Shown one piece after another: positions 48,416 to 56,542 of a DNA stretch of 56,542 nucleotides. Where the stretch lies: IMG/VR virus record IMGVR_UViG_3300045988_107080, one strand, 5' to 3'. The position numbers and the translations under genes are program-made. Under the pieces are notes generated by a model. The model made no database searches and was not told the origin of the DNA. It saw only the letters and a program-made list of their open reading frames with translations. The DNA is from a virus. The first letter of the stretch is position 1; each line of letters begins with the position of its first letter.

Positions 48416-50974
48416 TTGCCAACTGTTTCTAAGTTAACTATAAAAAAGCAAACCGGTACTGATAATACCTATTATGCAACATGGGCATTTAGTGGTCAAG
48501 GAAAGGCTACAACATCTTCCTCTGGTGCGATAAAAGCCGGAAACCTAGTATCAATAAAGTCGGAGGCGACAAAGTATTACAACGGAGTCGCCATTCCGGC
48601 TTGGGTTAAAAAAGAGAAATGGTACGTTACACAGGTTAAAGGTGATAGAGCCGTTCTCGGAAAGTGCCAGAAAGGCGATCATAATATTCAAAGCGCCATC
48701 GCTGTTAAGTATTTATCTGGCGGAACTGGTTCGTCTACTTCAACTTCATCTGGTAGTGAAGACAAACTCGACTTTTACAGAGTTACATGGTATTACGACA
48801 CCGGCGATTCTGTATGGTTTAAAGCCAGTACGTCTGAAATTAAAGAAAAGCAGTCAACTTATAGCCCCCCATCAAATGCTATAAGAATATGCCTTGGCGT
48901 AAAACCGGTGTCAAAGACTTATACAACAGGCTCAAATAACAAGACGGCTTATTATTGGACAGGCACTGAAGCATGGGCTAGCTATGCTATTTCAGCTACG
49001 CAAATTCCGGATAAGCCGCCTGTTCCTACTGTCGAAATTGAAAAGTATAAGCTTACGGCATCAGTTGATAACATATCAGATTCGAAGGTCGCAGATATAG
49101 AGTTCCAAGTATATAACGGAACAAAACTTATAAATAGCGGAACAGCTCCTGTTTTGGCTTGCCAAGCGTCGTTTACTTGTGGAGTCGATGCAGGTGGCGA
49201 GTATAGAGTTAGATGTCGAGCTATTGGAATTGCTGGAACAGCTAAAGCTTACAGCGAATGGTCTGATTTCTCTAGTTCTAATAAAGCGATACCGTCTCCT
49301 CCAAAGGGAATAACGATATGCCGAGCCAGTTCAGAAACTTCTGTATATTTGGAATGGACTGCGGTAAGTACCGCTAAGACATACGACATTGAATACACAA
49401 CAAAGAAAAAATATTTTGACGGTTCGGATCAGACGACCACAGTTACCGGAATCGAGTTTACTCACTATGAAAAGACGGGCCTTACATCTGGTCAGGAATA
49501 TTTCTTCAGAGTTCGTTCTGTCAATGAAAAAGGTGAATCAACATGGTCGCCTATAGCCTCAACCATAGTAGGTAAAGCTCCTTCAGCTCCTACTACTTGG
49601 TCATCGACTACGACAGCTATTGTTGGTGATCCTTTGAACTTATATTGGGTTCATAATTCAGAAGATGGGTCTAGTCAGACATATGCAGAGCTAGAGATAT
49701 ATTTCAATAATACGAAATATACCTACACAATAAAGAATACGACTGATCCTGACTTAAAAGATAAAACAAGTTCATATTCTGTGGATACGTCAACATATTC
49801 AGAAGGGACTAAGATAAAGTGGCGAGTTCGAACAGCTGGCGTTACTAAAAAATATGGCGATTGGTCTGTTCAGAGAACAATTGACGTTTATGCGACACCA
49901 ACTCTTGCGCTAAGTGTTATAAATAGTGCTGGAACAGCCATAAGTACTCTAACCACATTCCCGTTTTATGTTTCGGCATTGGCTGGACCTAATACTCAAG
50001 CACCAATAGGTTACTATGTATCTATCGCATCAAATCAGGCATATGAGACGGTCGACAACATCGGAAATCCTAAAACGGTTAATGAAGGCGAAGAAGTATA
50101 TTCTAAATATTTTGACACATCAGATGCTTTGATGGTTGAATTATCGGCTGGAAATGTCGATTTAGCTAACGGCATGGAATATAAAATAACGTGTGTCGTT
50201 TCTATGAATTCTGGATTAACAGCAGAAGCAAGCACAACGATATCTGTGTCTTGGGCTGAGGTTTCATATGAACCAGATGCGGCAGTATCGATCGACGACG
50301 AAGCATATGTTGCTTATATTACTCCGTGCTGTAAAGATGAAAACGACGATTTTATAGAAGGAGTCACGCTTTCTGTCTATCGCAGAGAATTCGATGGATC
50401 ATTTACAGAACTTGCTTCTGGGCTTGATAATGTGAAAAATGTGTCTATAACGGATCCTCATCCGGCACTCGATTATGCTCGCTATAGAGTAGTAGCGACT
50501 ACTACGTCAACCGGAACAGTAAGTTATTACGATCTTCCTGGATTTCCTGTTGGATGCAATTCAGTTATAATTCAGTGGGATGATGACTGGTCAGACTTTG
50601 ATGTTAGCGATGATGACTTACCAACAGAGCCTACGTGGACTGGATCGATGCTTAAATTACCTTATAATATAGACGTGTCCGATAGTAATTCTATCGACGT
50701 TTCTCTTGTTGAGTATATAGGTCGAAAGCATCCTGTAAGTTATTACGGATCTCAGTTAGGAGTCACATCAACATGGAATGTTGAGATACCAAAATATGAT
50801 AAGGAAACTCTCTATGCTATTCGTCGTCTATCAATATGGACAGGTGACGTTTACGTTAGAGAACCTTCTGGAAGCGGATATTGGGCTAATATTTCGGTTT
50901 CTTACAGTCAGAAGCATCTCGACTTGACAATACCAATTTCTTTTAACGTAACAAGAGTCGAAGGAGGCGCATAA
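48416..50974 (+). CDS. extended distal tail protein (Dit-like C-terminus) with N-terminal wall-binding-like domain and FN3 domain
   Basis: TTG start after AAAGGAGGAG. The N-terminal domain is shared with the amidase. FN3-like PSPPKGITICRASSETSVYLEWTAV...YFFRVRSVNEKGESTWSP. The C-terminal ~250 aa are Sipho_tail-like. Confidence 0.55.
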   Translation: MPTVSKLTIKKQTGTDNTYYATWAFSGQGKATTSSSGAIKAGNLVSIKSEATKYYNGVAIPAWVKKEKWYVTQVKGDRAVLGKCQKGDHNIQSAIAVKYLSGGTGSSTSTSSGSEDKLDFYRVTWYYDTGDSVWFKASTSEIKEKQSTYSPPSNAIRICLGVKPVSKTYTTGSNNKTAYYWTGTEAWASYAISATQIPDKPPVPTVEIEKYKLTASVDNISDSKVADIEFQVYNGTKLINSGTAPVLACQASFTCGVDAGGEYRVRCRAIGIAGTAKAYSEWSDFSSSNKAIPSPPKGITICRASSETSVYLEWTAVSTAKTYDIEYTTKKKYFDGSDQTTTVTGIEFTHYEKTGLTSGQEYFFRVRSVNEKGESTWSPIASTIVGKAPSAPTTWSSTTTAIVGDPLNLYWVHNSEDGSSQTYAELEIYFNNTKYTYTIKNTTDPDLKDKTSSYSVDTSTYSEGTKIKWRVRTAGVTKKYGDWSVQRTIDVYATPTLALSVINSAGTAISTLTTFPFYVSALAGPNTQAPIGYYVSIASNQAYETVDNIGNPKTVNEGEEVYSKYFDTSDALMVELSAGNVDLANGMEYKITCVVSMNSGLTAEASTTISVSWAEVSYEPDAAVSIDDEAYVAYITPCCKDENDDFIEGVTLSVYRREFDGSFTELASGLDNVKNVSITDPHPALDYARYRVVATTTSTGTVSYYDLPGFPVGCNSVIIQWDDDWSDFDVSDDDLPTEPTWTGSMLKLPYNIDVSDSNSIDVSLVEYIGRKHPVSYYGSQLGVTSTWNVEIPKYDKETLYAIRRLSIWTGDVYVREPSGSGYWANISVSYSQKHLDLTIPISFNVTRVEGGA

Positions 50975-50975
50975 C

Positions 50976-52034
50976 ATGCCCGATTGGACTAAATCTATGG
51001 AACAGACATTCGAATATTATATTGTAGATCCAGGAACTTGGATGGACAGCAAGCGTTTAACTACTGTTAAGTCATCGTCTATTTCCAGGGATATCGAAGC
51101 AGACACTCTCGGATCTGCAACGATTGATATAACGAATTCTGTTGGAGAATGTTACATAAGAATATATCTTATAACAATTCAAAATGGATTAAAAGAGAAG
51201 CATCCTTTGGGGACATTTCTTGTTCAGACACCATCGTCAACTTTTACAGGTAAGACTTTGGACGTATCTATGGATGCTTATACTCCTTTACTCGAATTGA
51301 AAGAAAATCCACCTCCTTTAGGTTATTATGTTGGCAAGAATGAAAATATCATGCAGAATGCCTATATGATAACCAGAGATCATGTCAGAGCTCCTGTCGT
51401 TGAACCAGCGAGCTCTGATAAGCTCTTTAGAGATTTTGTTGCAGATACAAGTGATACTTGGCTAACATATGTTAGAGATCTTATTTCAAATGCGAAATAC
51501 AGATTTGATCTCGATGAGTTAGGTAGAATACTGTTTGCCCCAAAACAGGCGACAGCGTCTCTTCAGCCTGTATGGGAGTATAATGACGACAACAGTTCAA
51601 TATTATATCCAGAATTAACTATGAATCATGATCTGTATGGAATTCCGAATGTCGTTGAAGTGATATATTCTAGCGGAAACGACTACTATGAAGCTAGGGT
51701 TGTTAATAATGATTCTAATAGTCCTATTTCTGTAGAGAATCGTGGAAGAGAAATTATTCATAGGGTAAATAATCCAGATCTTATAGGAGATCCGACCGAA
51801 AATCAAATAAAAGAGTATGCCGAAAGTCTATTAAAAGAGCTTTCTTCTTTAGAGTATACCATTTCTTATACTCACGCTTATTGCCCAGTTAGACTAGGGG
51901 ATTGCGTCCGACTAAATTATTCAAGAGCCGGATTAACGAACATTAAAGCGAGAGTAATAAGCCAGACAATTAAGTGTGAACCTGGTTGTCCGGTTACTGA
52001 AAAAGCGATATTTACTACTAAATTGTGGGGGTGA
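50976..52034 (+). CDS. tail-associated (Tal/baseplate hub N-terminal-like) protein
   Basis: Position directly after the Dit-like gene. FEYYIVDPGTW...GECYIRIYL...HPLGTFLVQTP pattern of minor structural proteins. Confidence 0.45.
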   Translation: MPDWTKSMEQTFEYYIVDPGTWMDSKRLTTVKSSSISRDIEADTLGSATIDITNSVGECYIRIYLITIQNGLKEKHPLGTFLVQTPSSTFTGKTLDVSMDAYTPLLELKENPPPLGYYVGKNENIMQNAYMITRDHVRAPVVEPASSDKLFRDFVADTSDTWLTYVRDLISNAKYRFDLDELGRILFAPKQATASLQPVWEYNDDNSSILYPELTMNHDLYGIPNVVEVIYSSGNDYYEARVVNNDSNSPISVENRGREIIHRVNNPDLIGDPTENQIKEYAESLLKELSSLEYTISYTHAYCPVRLGDCVRLNYSRAGLTNIKARVISQTIKCEPGCPVTEKAIFTTKLWG

Positions 52035-52042
52035 TATTTTCT

Positions 52043-53815
52043 ATGGCTTTATCAAACGAACTTATATCTCAGTTTGCAAAAATTACAACAGAAAAAGAAG
52101 AGACTAAAACAGAAGAAGTTGTTTATGGAACAACCGTAAGTTATAATGACACGGTTTATGTCAAACTTGACGGATCTGACCGGCTTACTCCTATAACGTC
52201 TACAACTGTTGTTAAGCCTGACGAAAGAGTTACAGTTATGATCAAAGATCATTCTGCGATTGTCACAGGAAACATATCATCCCCTTCCGCTAGAAATAGC
52301 GACGTAGAGGAATTAGGTACTCAGATATCCGAGTTCGATACGATAATCGCAAATAAAGTTGACACAGAAGAACTTAATGCAACAAACGCTAGAATCGATA
52401 CGTTAAATACCGATACTGTCAACATAAGAAAAGATCTTAATGCTGCTAATGCAAATATTGAGGCATTGACAGCTGATAATGTAACTATCAATGAAACATT
52501 AAATGCGCAGTCTGCTAGCATTGATAATCTCGAAGTAAATAAGCTAAGCGTTGAAATTGCCGACGCAAAATATGCTACTATAGAGAATCTAGAAGCTACA
52601 AACGTCAGTGTTAATAATTTGTCTAGTACTTATGCCGATTTCAAGAATACTACTACAACTAAATTAGCAGCAGTAGATGCTTCTATCGAGAACTTGGAAA
52701 CTAATAAATTATCTGCCGCTTCTGCAGATCTTAAGTACGCCAATATTGATTTCTCGAATATCGGACAGGCTGCAATAGAAGAGTTCTATGCTAAATCCGG
52801 TATAATAAAAGATCTTACAATCGAAGGCGGAACTATTACTGGCGAATTAGTTGGTGTTACAATCAAGGGCGACTTGATTGAGGGCGGTACTGTCGTAGCA
52901 GATAAGCTTGTTGTAAAAGGCGAAAACGGCCTATATTACAAGCTGAATACGGACGGTGTTACAACTGAAGCTCAGCAGACAGAGTACAACAGTCTTAACG
53001 GTAGTGTCATAACAGCTAAGTCAATAACTGCTACAAAGATTAGCGTTACCGATCTTGTTGCATTTGATGCTACTATCGGCGGCTTTAAAATTACCGAAAA
53101 TTCCATATATTCTGGAACTAAGGAATCTGCTTCTAATACAACTAGAGGTATATATTTGGATAATGACGGTCAGGCTGTTTTCGGCGATGCCAGTAATTAT
53201 CTAAAATATTATAAGGACACTGATAATACTTATAAACTCGCTATTTCGGCGAGTAGTATATATTTAAGCTCAAGCAATAAAGATATTGAGACGATGATAT
53301 CTGAAACAAACGATAAAATCGATTCAACAGCGGACGACTTAGAGCTTTCCATAGCTAGTCAGTCAGCATCAATTACGAACGACGTACATGGTATTGTTCT
53401 CAATGCCTTAGAGGATTATGTCGAGAAGGATGAGTACAATACTTATAAGAGCTCGACAAAAAGTCAGTTAGAAGTTCTATCCAATCAGATAGAAATGAAT
53501 TTTACATCGACCAATTCATCAATAGAGACAGTTGATGGAAAAGTTGATACTAAATTCGAAGAACTTACTAAGTATATTCGATTTAGTACAGACGGTATTG
53601 AAATCGGAAAAGATGAAAACAGTCTTAAATTAAAACTTGACAATGATATGATACAGTTCACAAAAAACGGAACTCCTATCGGATGGTGGGATGGAAACGA
53701 TTTTCATACTGGTAATATTGTTGTCGAAGTTAATGAGCGAGCTCAGTTTGGTAACTTTGCATTCACTCCCAGAAGTGATGGATCACTGATGCTATTAAAG
53801 GTTAAGGAGGCATAA
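52043..53815 (+). CDS. tail fibre / minor structural protein with long repetitive coiled-coil
   Basis: Repetitive xxxIxxLxxxxV segments (IDTLNTDTVNIRKDLNAANANIEALTADNVTINETLNAQSASIDNLEVNKL...). Confidence 0.55.
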   Translation: MALSNELISQFAKITTEKEETKTEEVVYGTTVSYNDTVYVKLDGSDRLTPITSTTVVKPDERVTVMIKDHSAIVTGNISSPSARNSDVEELGTQISEFDTIIANKVDTEELNATNARIDTLNTDTVNIRKDLNAANANIEALTADNVTINETLNAQSASIDNLEVNKLSVEIADAKYATIENLEATNVSVNNLSSTYADFKNTTTTKLAAVDASIENLETNKLSAASADLKYANIDFSNIGQAAIEEFYAKSGIIKDLTIEGGTITGELVGVTIKGDLIEGGTVVADKLVVKGENGLYYKLNTDGVTTEAQQTEYNSLNGSVITAKSITATKISVTDLVAFDATIGGFKITENSIYSGTKESASNTTRGIYLDNDGQAVFGDASNYLKYYKDTDNTYKLAISASSIYLSSSNKDIETMISETNDKIDSTADDLELSIASQSASITNDVHGIVLNALEDYVEKDEYNTYKSSTKSQLEVLSNQIEMNFTSTNSSIETVDGKVDTKFEELTKYIRFSTDGIEIGKDENSLKLKLDNDMIQFTKNGTPIGWWDGNDFHTGNIVVEVNERAQFGNFAFTPRSDGSLMLLKVKEA

Positions 53816-53818
53816 AAT

Positions 53819-55804
53819 ATGGCGCTAAGCGGAACTGTTAAAACAAATGCGGATAGCAACGGTCGATATTATCAGCTGTCATGGACTGCAACTCAGTCTA
53901 CAGCGAATAATACGTCTACGATTTCCTGGACCTTATCGGCGCAAGGATATAGCGGAAATTGGGTTGCTGAACGTACTCTTTATGTTACCATTGATGGCGC
54001 AACTGTCTATAGCAAGAGTGATCGTGTAGAGAGAAAGGTAGGAACCATAAAAACCGGAACTAAAACTATTACGCATAATAGTAATGGTTCTAGATCATTC
54101 ACTATTACACTTGGTGCTGCTGTTTATGGCACATCTGTTAACTGCAAAGGCTCTGGAACGTTCGCTCTAAATACAATCGGACGAGCGTCTACATTAAACG
54201 TTAGTGGCGGAACACTAGGGGTGGCTCAGACAATAACCGCTGATAGGAAAGTTTCAAGTTTTACGCATACATTAACATGGGAGTGCGGTTCATATTCCGG
54301 TACAATTGCTACTAAATCGACGGCAACGTCATGGTCGTTTACTCCTCCGTTAGAATTAGCCAATACTGCTACACAACTCTTTCCAGCGGGTGTGTATTTT
54401 AAATTGACCACATACAATGGATCAACCGTTGTTGGAACTTCTGATCAAACTGTTGTCATGAAGATACCAACATCGATAAAGCCTACGTGTACCGTGAATA
54501 TAACCGATCCAACTGGATATTTGGCTACATACGGTGGTTACGTTCAGAATAAGTCAAAAATGAAAATCACGGTCACTGCGACACCAGCATATGGTTCTCC
54601 GATTACGGGTTACAGTATTATTGCAAATGGAAATACATATAGTGATAATCCAGCAACCACTGGTGTTATTACTGCTTCCGGTACAAATACTATTATTGGT
54701 AAAGCGACTGACAAACGTAATAGAACGGGGTCAGCAACTACTACTATAAATGTTCTTGCATATAGCTCTCCTAAAATAACATTTACTATGCACCGATGCG
54801 ATCAAGACGGTACAGAAAATATGACAGGGTCCTACTGTAAAGTTTCATATAAAGCAGTAATAACGTCATTGTCAAATAAAAACTCGAAGTCTATTAAGCT
54901 ACGATATAAAAAAACGAGTGATACGACATACACGTTTCGAACAATTAATATGGGATCTTATACTCAAGAAGGATCCGAGATATTTTCTGCAGAAGACGGA
55001 AGTTCATACAATGTACAGATGCAAGCAATAGACTCTTTTGAGACGTCTACAACTACTGCTGAACTTTCGACCGGCTTTTCGATTATGCATATTGCAGCAT
55101 CCGGAAAAGGACTTGCCATTGGTAAGATAAGCCAGGCGGATGAGTTTGAAGTTGGTATGGATGCAAAATTTTATAGTGGTGCGCATTTTAATAAAGGGTT
55201 TACAGAAGATATTCCAAACATTGCAAACAGCGATTGCAACACTATCGTTGCCAGCGGTCATTATTATGCTTATACTGATACTGCTAATAAACCAGAGAAT
55301 AAAAATGGATGGTTAACAGTAAAATCGCATAGCGATAACGCATGGTGCTATCAAGAATTCGTAACATATGATGGCCATCGATATTTTCGTCATAAATCCG
55401 GAGGTTCTTGGTACGGTTGGGAACGACTTGATGTAGATTATATTTCGGAAACGGGTAAAACTGTAAAGGGATGGAACTATCGGAAGTGGGCTAATGGAAA
55501 TATCGAATTGTGGTATACAAAAGGACTGACTGATTTTGCTATAACCAGTAGATTTTATAGATCTGCATCAGGAACTACGGTTCCGGCCGGTCTTTGGTAT
55601 TATGGAAACGCTTCTGTGGATTTTGATAGCGGTCTATTAACTAACGTTAAAAATGTACAAATTACGTTGGACAGATCAGCGGGACTATATTTCTGTAATA
55701 CAAATGGCTACAGTACTTCAAAGATAAACTTTCGTGTTATCGGAATAAATTCTGAAACAGTTGCGGTCGCCGCGAACATATATGTCATAGGTACTTGGAA
55801 ATAA
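53819..55804 (+). CDS. DUF859-like siphovirus tail protein (candidate receptor-binding protein)
   Basis: N-terminus GTVKTNADSNGRYYQLSWTATQSTANNTSTISWTLSAQG...YVTIDGATVY resembles DUF859. It is the last large gene of the tail module. Confidence 0.45.
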   Translation: MALSGTVKTNADSNGRYYQLSWTATQSTANNTSTISWTLSAQGYSGNWVAERTLYVTIDGATVYSKSDRVERKVGTIKTGTKTITHNSNGSRSFTITLGAAVYGTSVNCKGSGTFALNTIGRASTLNVSGGTLGVAQTITADRKVSSFTHTLTWECGSYSGTIATKSTATSWSFTPPLELANTATQLFPAGVYFKLTTYNGSTVVGTSDQTVVMKIPTSIKPTCTVNITDPTGYLATYGGYVQNKSKMKITVTATPAYGSPITGYSIIANGNTYSDNPATTGVITASGTNTIIGKATDKRNRTGSATTTINVLAYSSPKITFTMHRCDQDGTENMTGSYCKVSYKAVITSLSNKNSKSIKLRYKKTSDTTYTFRTINMGSYTQEGSEIFSAEDGSSYNVQMQAIDSFETSTTTAELSTGFSIMHIAASGKGLAIGKISQADEFEVGMDAKFYSGAHFNKGFTEDIPNIANSDCNTIVASGHYYAYTDTANKPENKNGWLTVKSHSDNAWCYQEFVTYDGHRYFRHKSGGSWYGWERLDVDYISETGKTVKGWNYRKWANGNIELWYTKGLTDFAITSRFYRSASGTTVPAGLWYYGNASVDFDSGLLTNVKNVQITLDRSAGLYFCNTNGYSTSKINFRVIGINSETVAVAANIYVIGTWK

Positions 55805-55808
55805 AGGG

Positions 55809-56060
55809 GTGAACAAACTAGTGGATTGGGCAACTATTGTAGTAGGAGTTTTAGCATTTATAGGCACTCTTGTTGGTGCATATTGTTCGAATAATAAAAC
55901 AGTTGCACTTGTTACTTATAGATTACAGGCACTGGAAAAGAAAGTAGAACAACACAACAAAGTAGTAGAAAGAATGCTTATTGCCGAAAATGAGATTAAA
56001 ACAATGAAAAAAGAGATCGAAAAAGTAGAAGTAGAAATGCATGACTTTGAATATAAATAA
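55809..56060 (+). CDS. N-terminal-TM coiled-coil protein (lysis accessory or holin-like); start 55809 or 55821
   Basis: TM WATIVVGVLAFIGTLVGAY followed by a charged coiled coil. Adjacent to the holin gene. Confidence 0.4.
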   Translation: MNKLVDWATIVVGVLAFIGTLVGAYCSNNKTVALVTYRLQALEKKVEQHNKVVERMLIAENEIKTMKKEIEKVEVEMHDFEYK

Positions 56061-56073
56061 GGAGGATTTAAAT

Positions 56074-56334
56074 ATGGAGAAGAAAATAGATGTTAATCTT
56101 ATCGTTAGAACTATAGTTAGTATTATAGCTCTTATAAATTTCATAGCTGCTCAGAGAGGCTTTAATCCTCTCAATATAGACGAGCAGTCAATTTACGTTG
56201 TTGTTTCGACAATCGTAGCCATTATTACTTGGGCTTGGGGCTTCTGGAAGAACAATAACTTCACTGATGCTGCTAAGCAGGGACAGGAACTCATTGACAA
56301 GCTGAAAGCTGAAAAGAAAGAAAATAAGGGCTAA
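56074..56334 (+). CDS. holin (Phage_holin_1 / phi-LC3-like)
   Basis: ATG after TAAGGAGG. Two TM segments, and the motif WGFWKNNNFTDAAKQG typical of this holin family. Confidence 0.65.
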   Translation: MEKKIDVNLIVRTIVSIIALINFIAAQRGFNPLNIDEQSIYVVVSTIVAIITWAWGFWKNNNFTDAAKQGQELIDKLKAEKKENKG

Positions 56335-56457
56335 TCATCACCATAGCCTTTTGCATGTATTTCTTTTACTAACGATCTCTAGAAGCGTCTTTTGTCTTAG
56401 GCATATTCTGTCTGGTCAATAGGCGCTTCTTTTATATTCGCGATTTATACTTTGTCT

Positions 56458-56542
56458 ATTTTTTTTTCAAATTCTCCATAAAATTCGCGAAAATTACATT
56501 CCATATTATGAAGAGAAAGTTAGGATGAAACCGGAACGGTCG
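56458..56542. repeat. terminal redundancy copy 2 (identical to 1-85)
   Basis: Same 85 nt as positions 1-85. Consistent with circular assembly overlap or a short direct terminal repeat. Confidence 0.95.
56484..56515 (+). promoter_or_regulatory. conserved bipartite promoter-like motif (duplicate of copy A inside the terminal redundancy)
   Basis: Identical to 27-58. Confidence 0.5.

Noticed and set aside
56381-56430. Terminator after the holin gene (AGAAGCG...CGCTTCT)
   Set aside because: The 7-bp stem encloses a 36-nt loop, which is atypical for an intrinsic terminator, so it is not listed as a feature. It may still fold with internal pairings that I could not resolve by eye.
1-56542. Lysogeny module (integrase, excisionase, CI/Cro pair) or stop-codon reassignment
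   Set aside because: There is no tyrosine or serine recombinase motif in any ORF, and only one XRE-type regulator. Long uninterrupted ORFs under the standard code, with consistent RBSs, argue against recoding.

Overview
The window is an essentially complete ~56.46 kb genome of a tailed dsDNA phage. It has a siphovirus-type tail module, is AT-rich, and has strong AGGAGG-type Shine-Dalgarno sites, which points to a Firmicutes/Bacillota-type host. The first 85 nt recur exactly at 56458-56542, so the contig is circularly closed or has short terminal repeats. Every convincing gene except one (34559-34777) is on the + strand.

Layout:
- 0.2-6.4 kb: many small early genes, many of them predicted membrane proteins.
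- 6.5-13.8 kb: replication module (a 1357-aa SF3 helicase / AEP primase / family-B polymerase fusion, a gp2.5-like SSB, a metallophosphoesterase, an SF2 helicase).
- 13.8-20.4 kb: short transcription units, each bounded by a hairpin terminator and a conserved ~32-nt promoter-like motif.
- 20.5-24.7 kb: two nucleases and a ~1030-aa protein carrying the R-x-P...ADFDGD signature of beta-prime-type (YonO/crAss gp66/RdRP-like) RNA polymerases.
- 24.7-25.07 kb: a structured non-coding region with a 26-bp inverted repeat.
- 25.07-30.4 kb: a GC-mosaic tail-fibre/host-recognition cluster, including a protein with an embedded tyrosine-phosphatase (HCSAGADRTG) domain.
- 30.4-38.6 kb: packaging and head (HNH, TerL, portal, protease-capsid fusion), interleaved with three paralogs sharing a GMKWGxRR N-terminal motif.
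- 38.6-55.8 kb: neck and tail (major tail, chaperones, amidase, 1874-aa tape measure, Dit/Tal-like proteins, fibres).
- 55.8-56.3 kb: holin region.

I found no integrase, reverse transcriptase, tRNA or CRISPR array.

The most interesting hypothesis is a phage-specific transcription system. It would consist of the candidate single-subunit RNAP, ten dispersed copies of a non-sigmaA-like promoter motif, and an N-terminal motif shared between the RNAP and three head-module proteins that may act as an encapsidation signal.

All functional calls come from motif recognition by eye. No database search, fold prediction or RNA folding was run.
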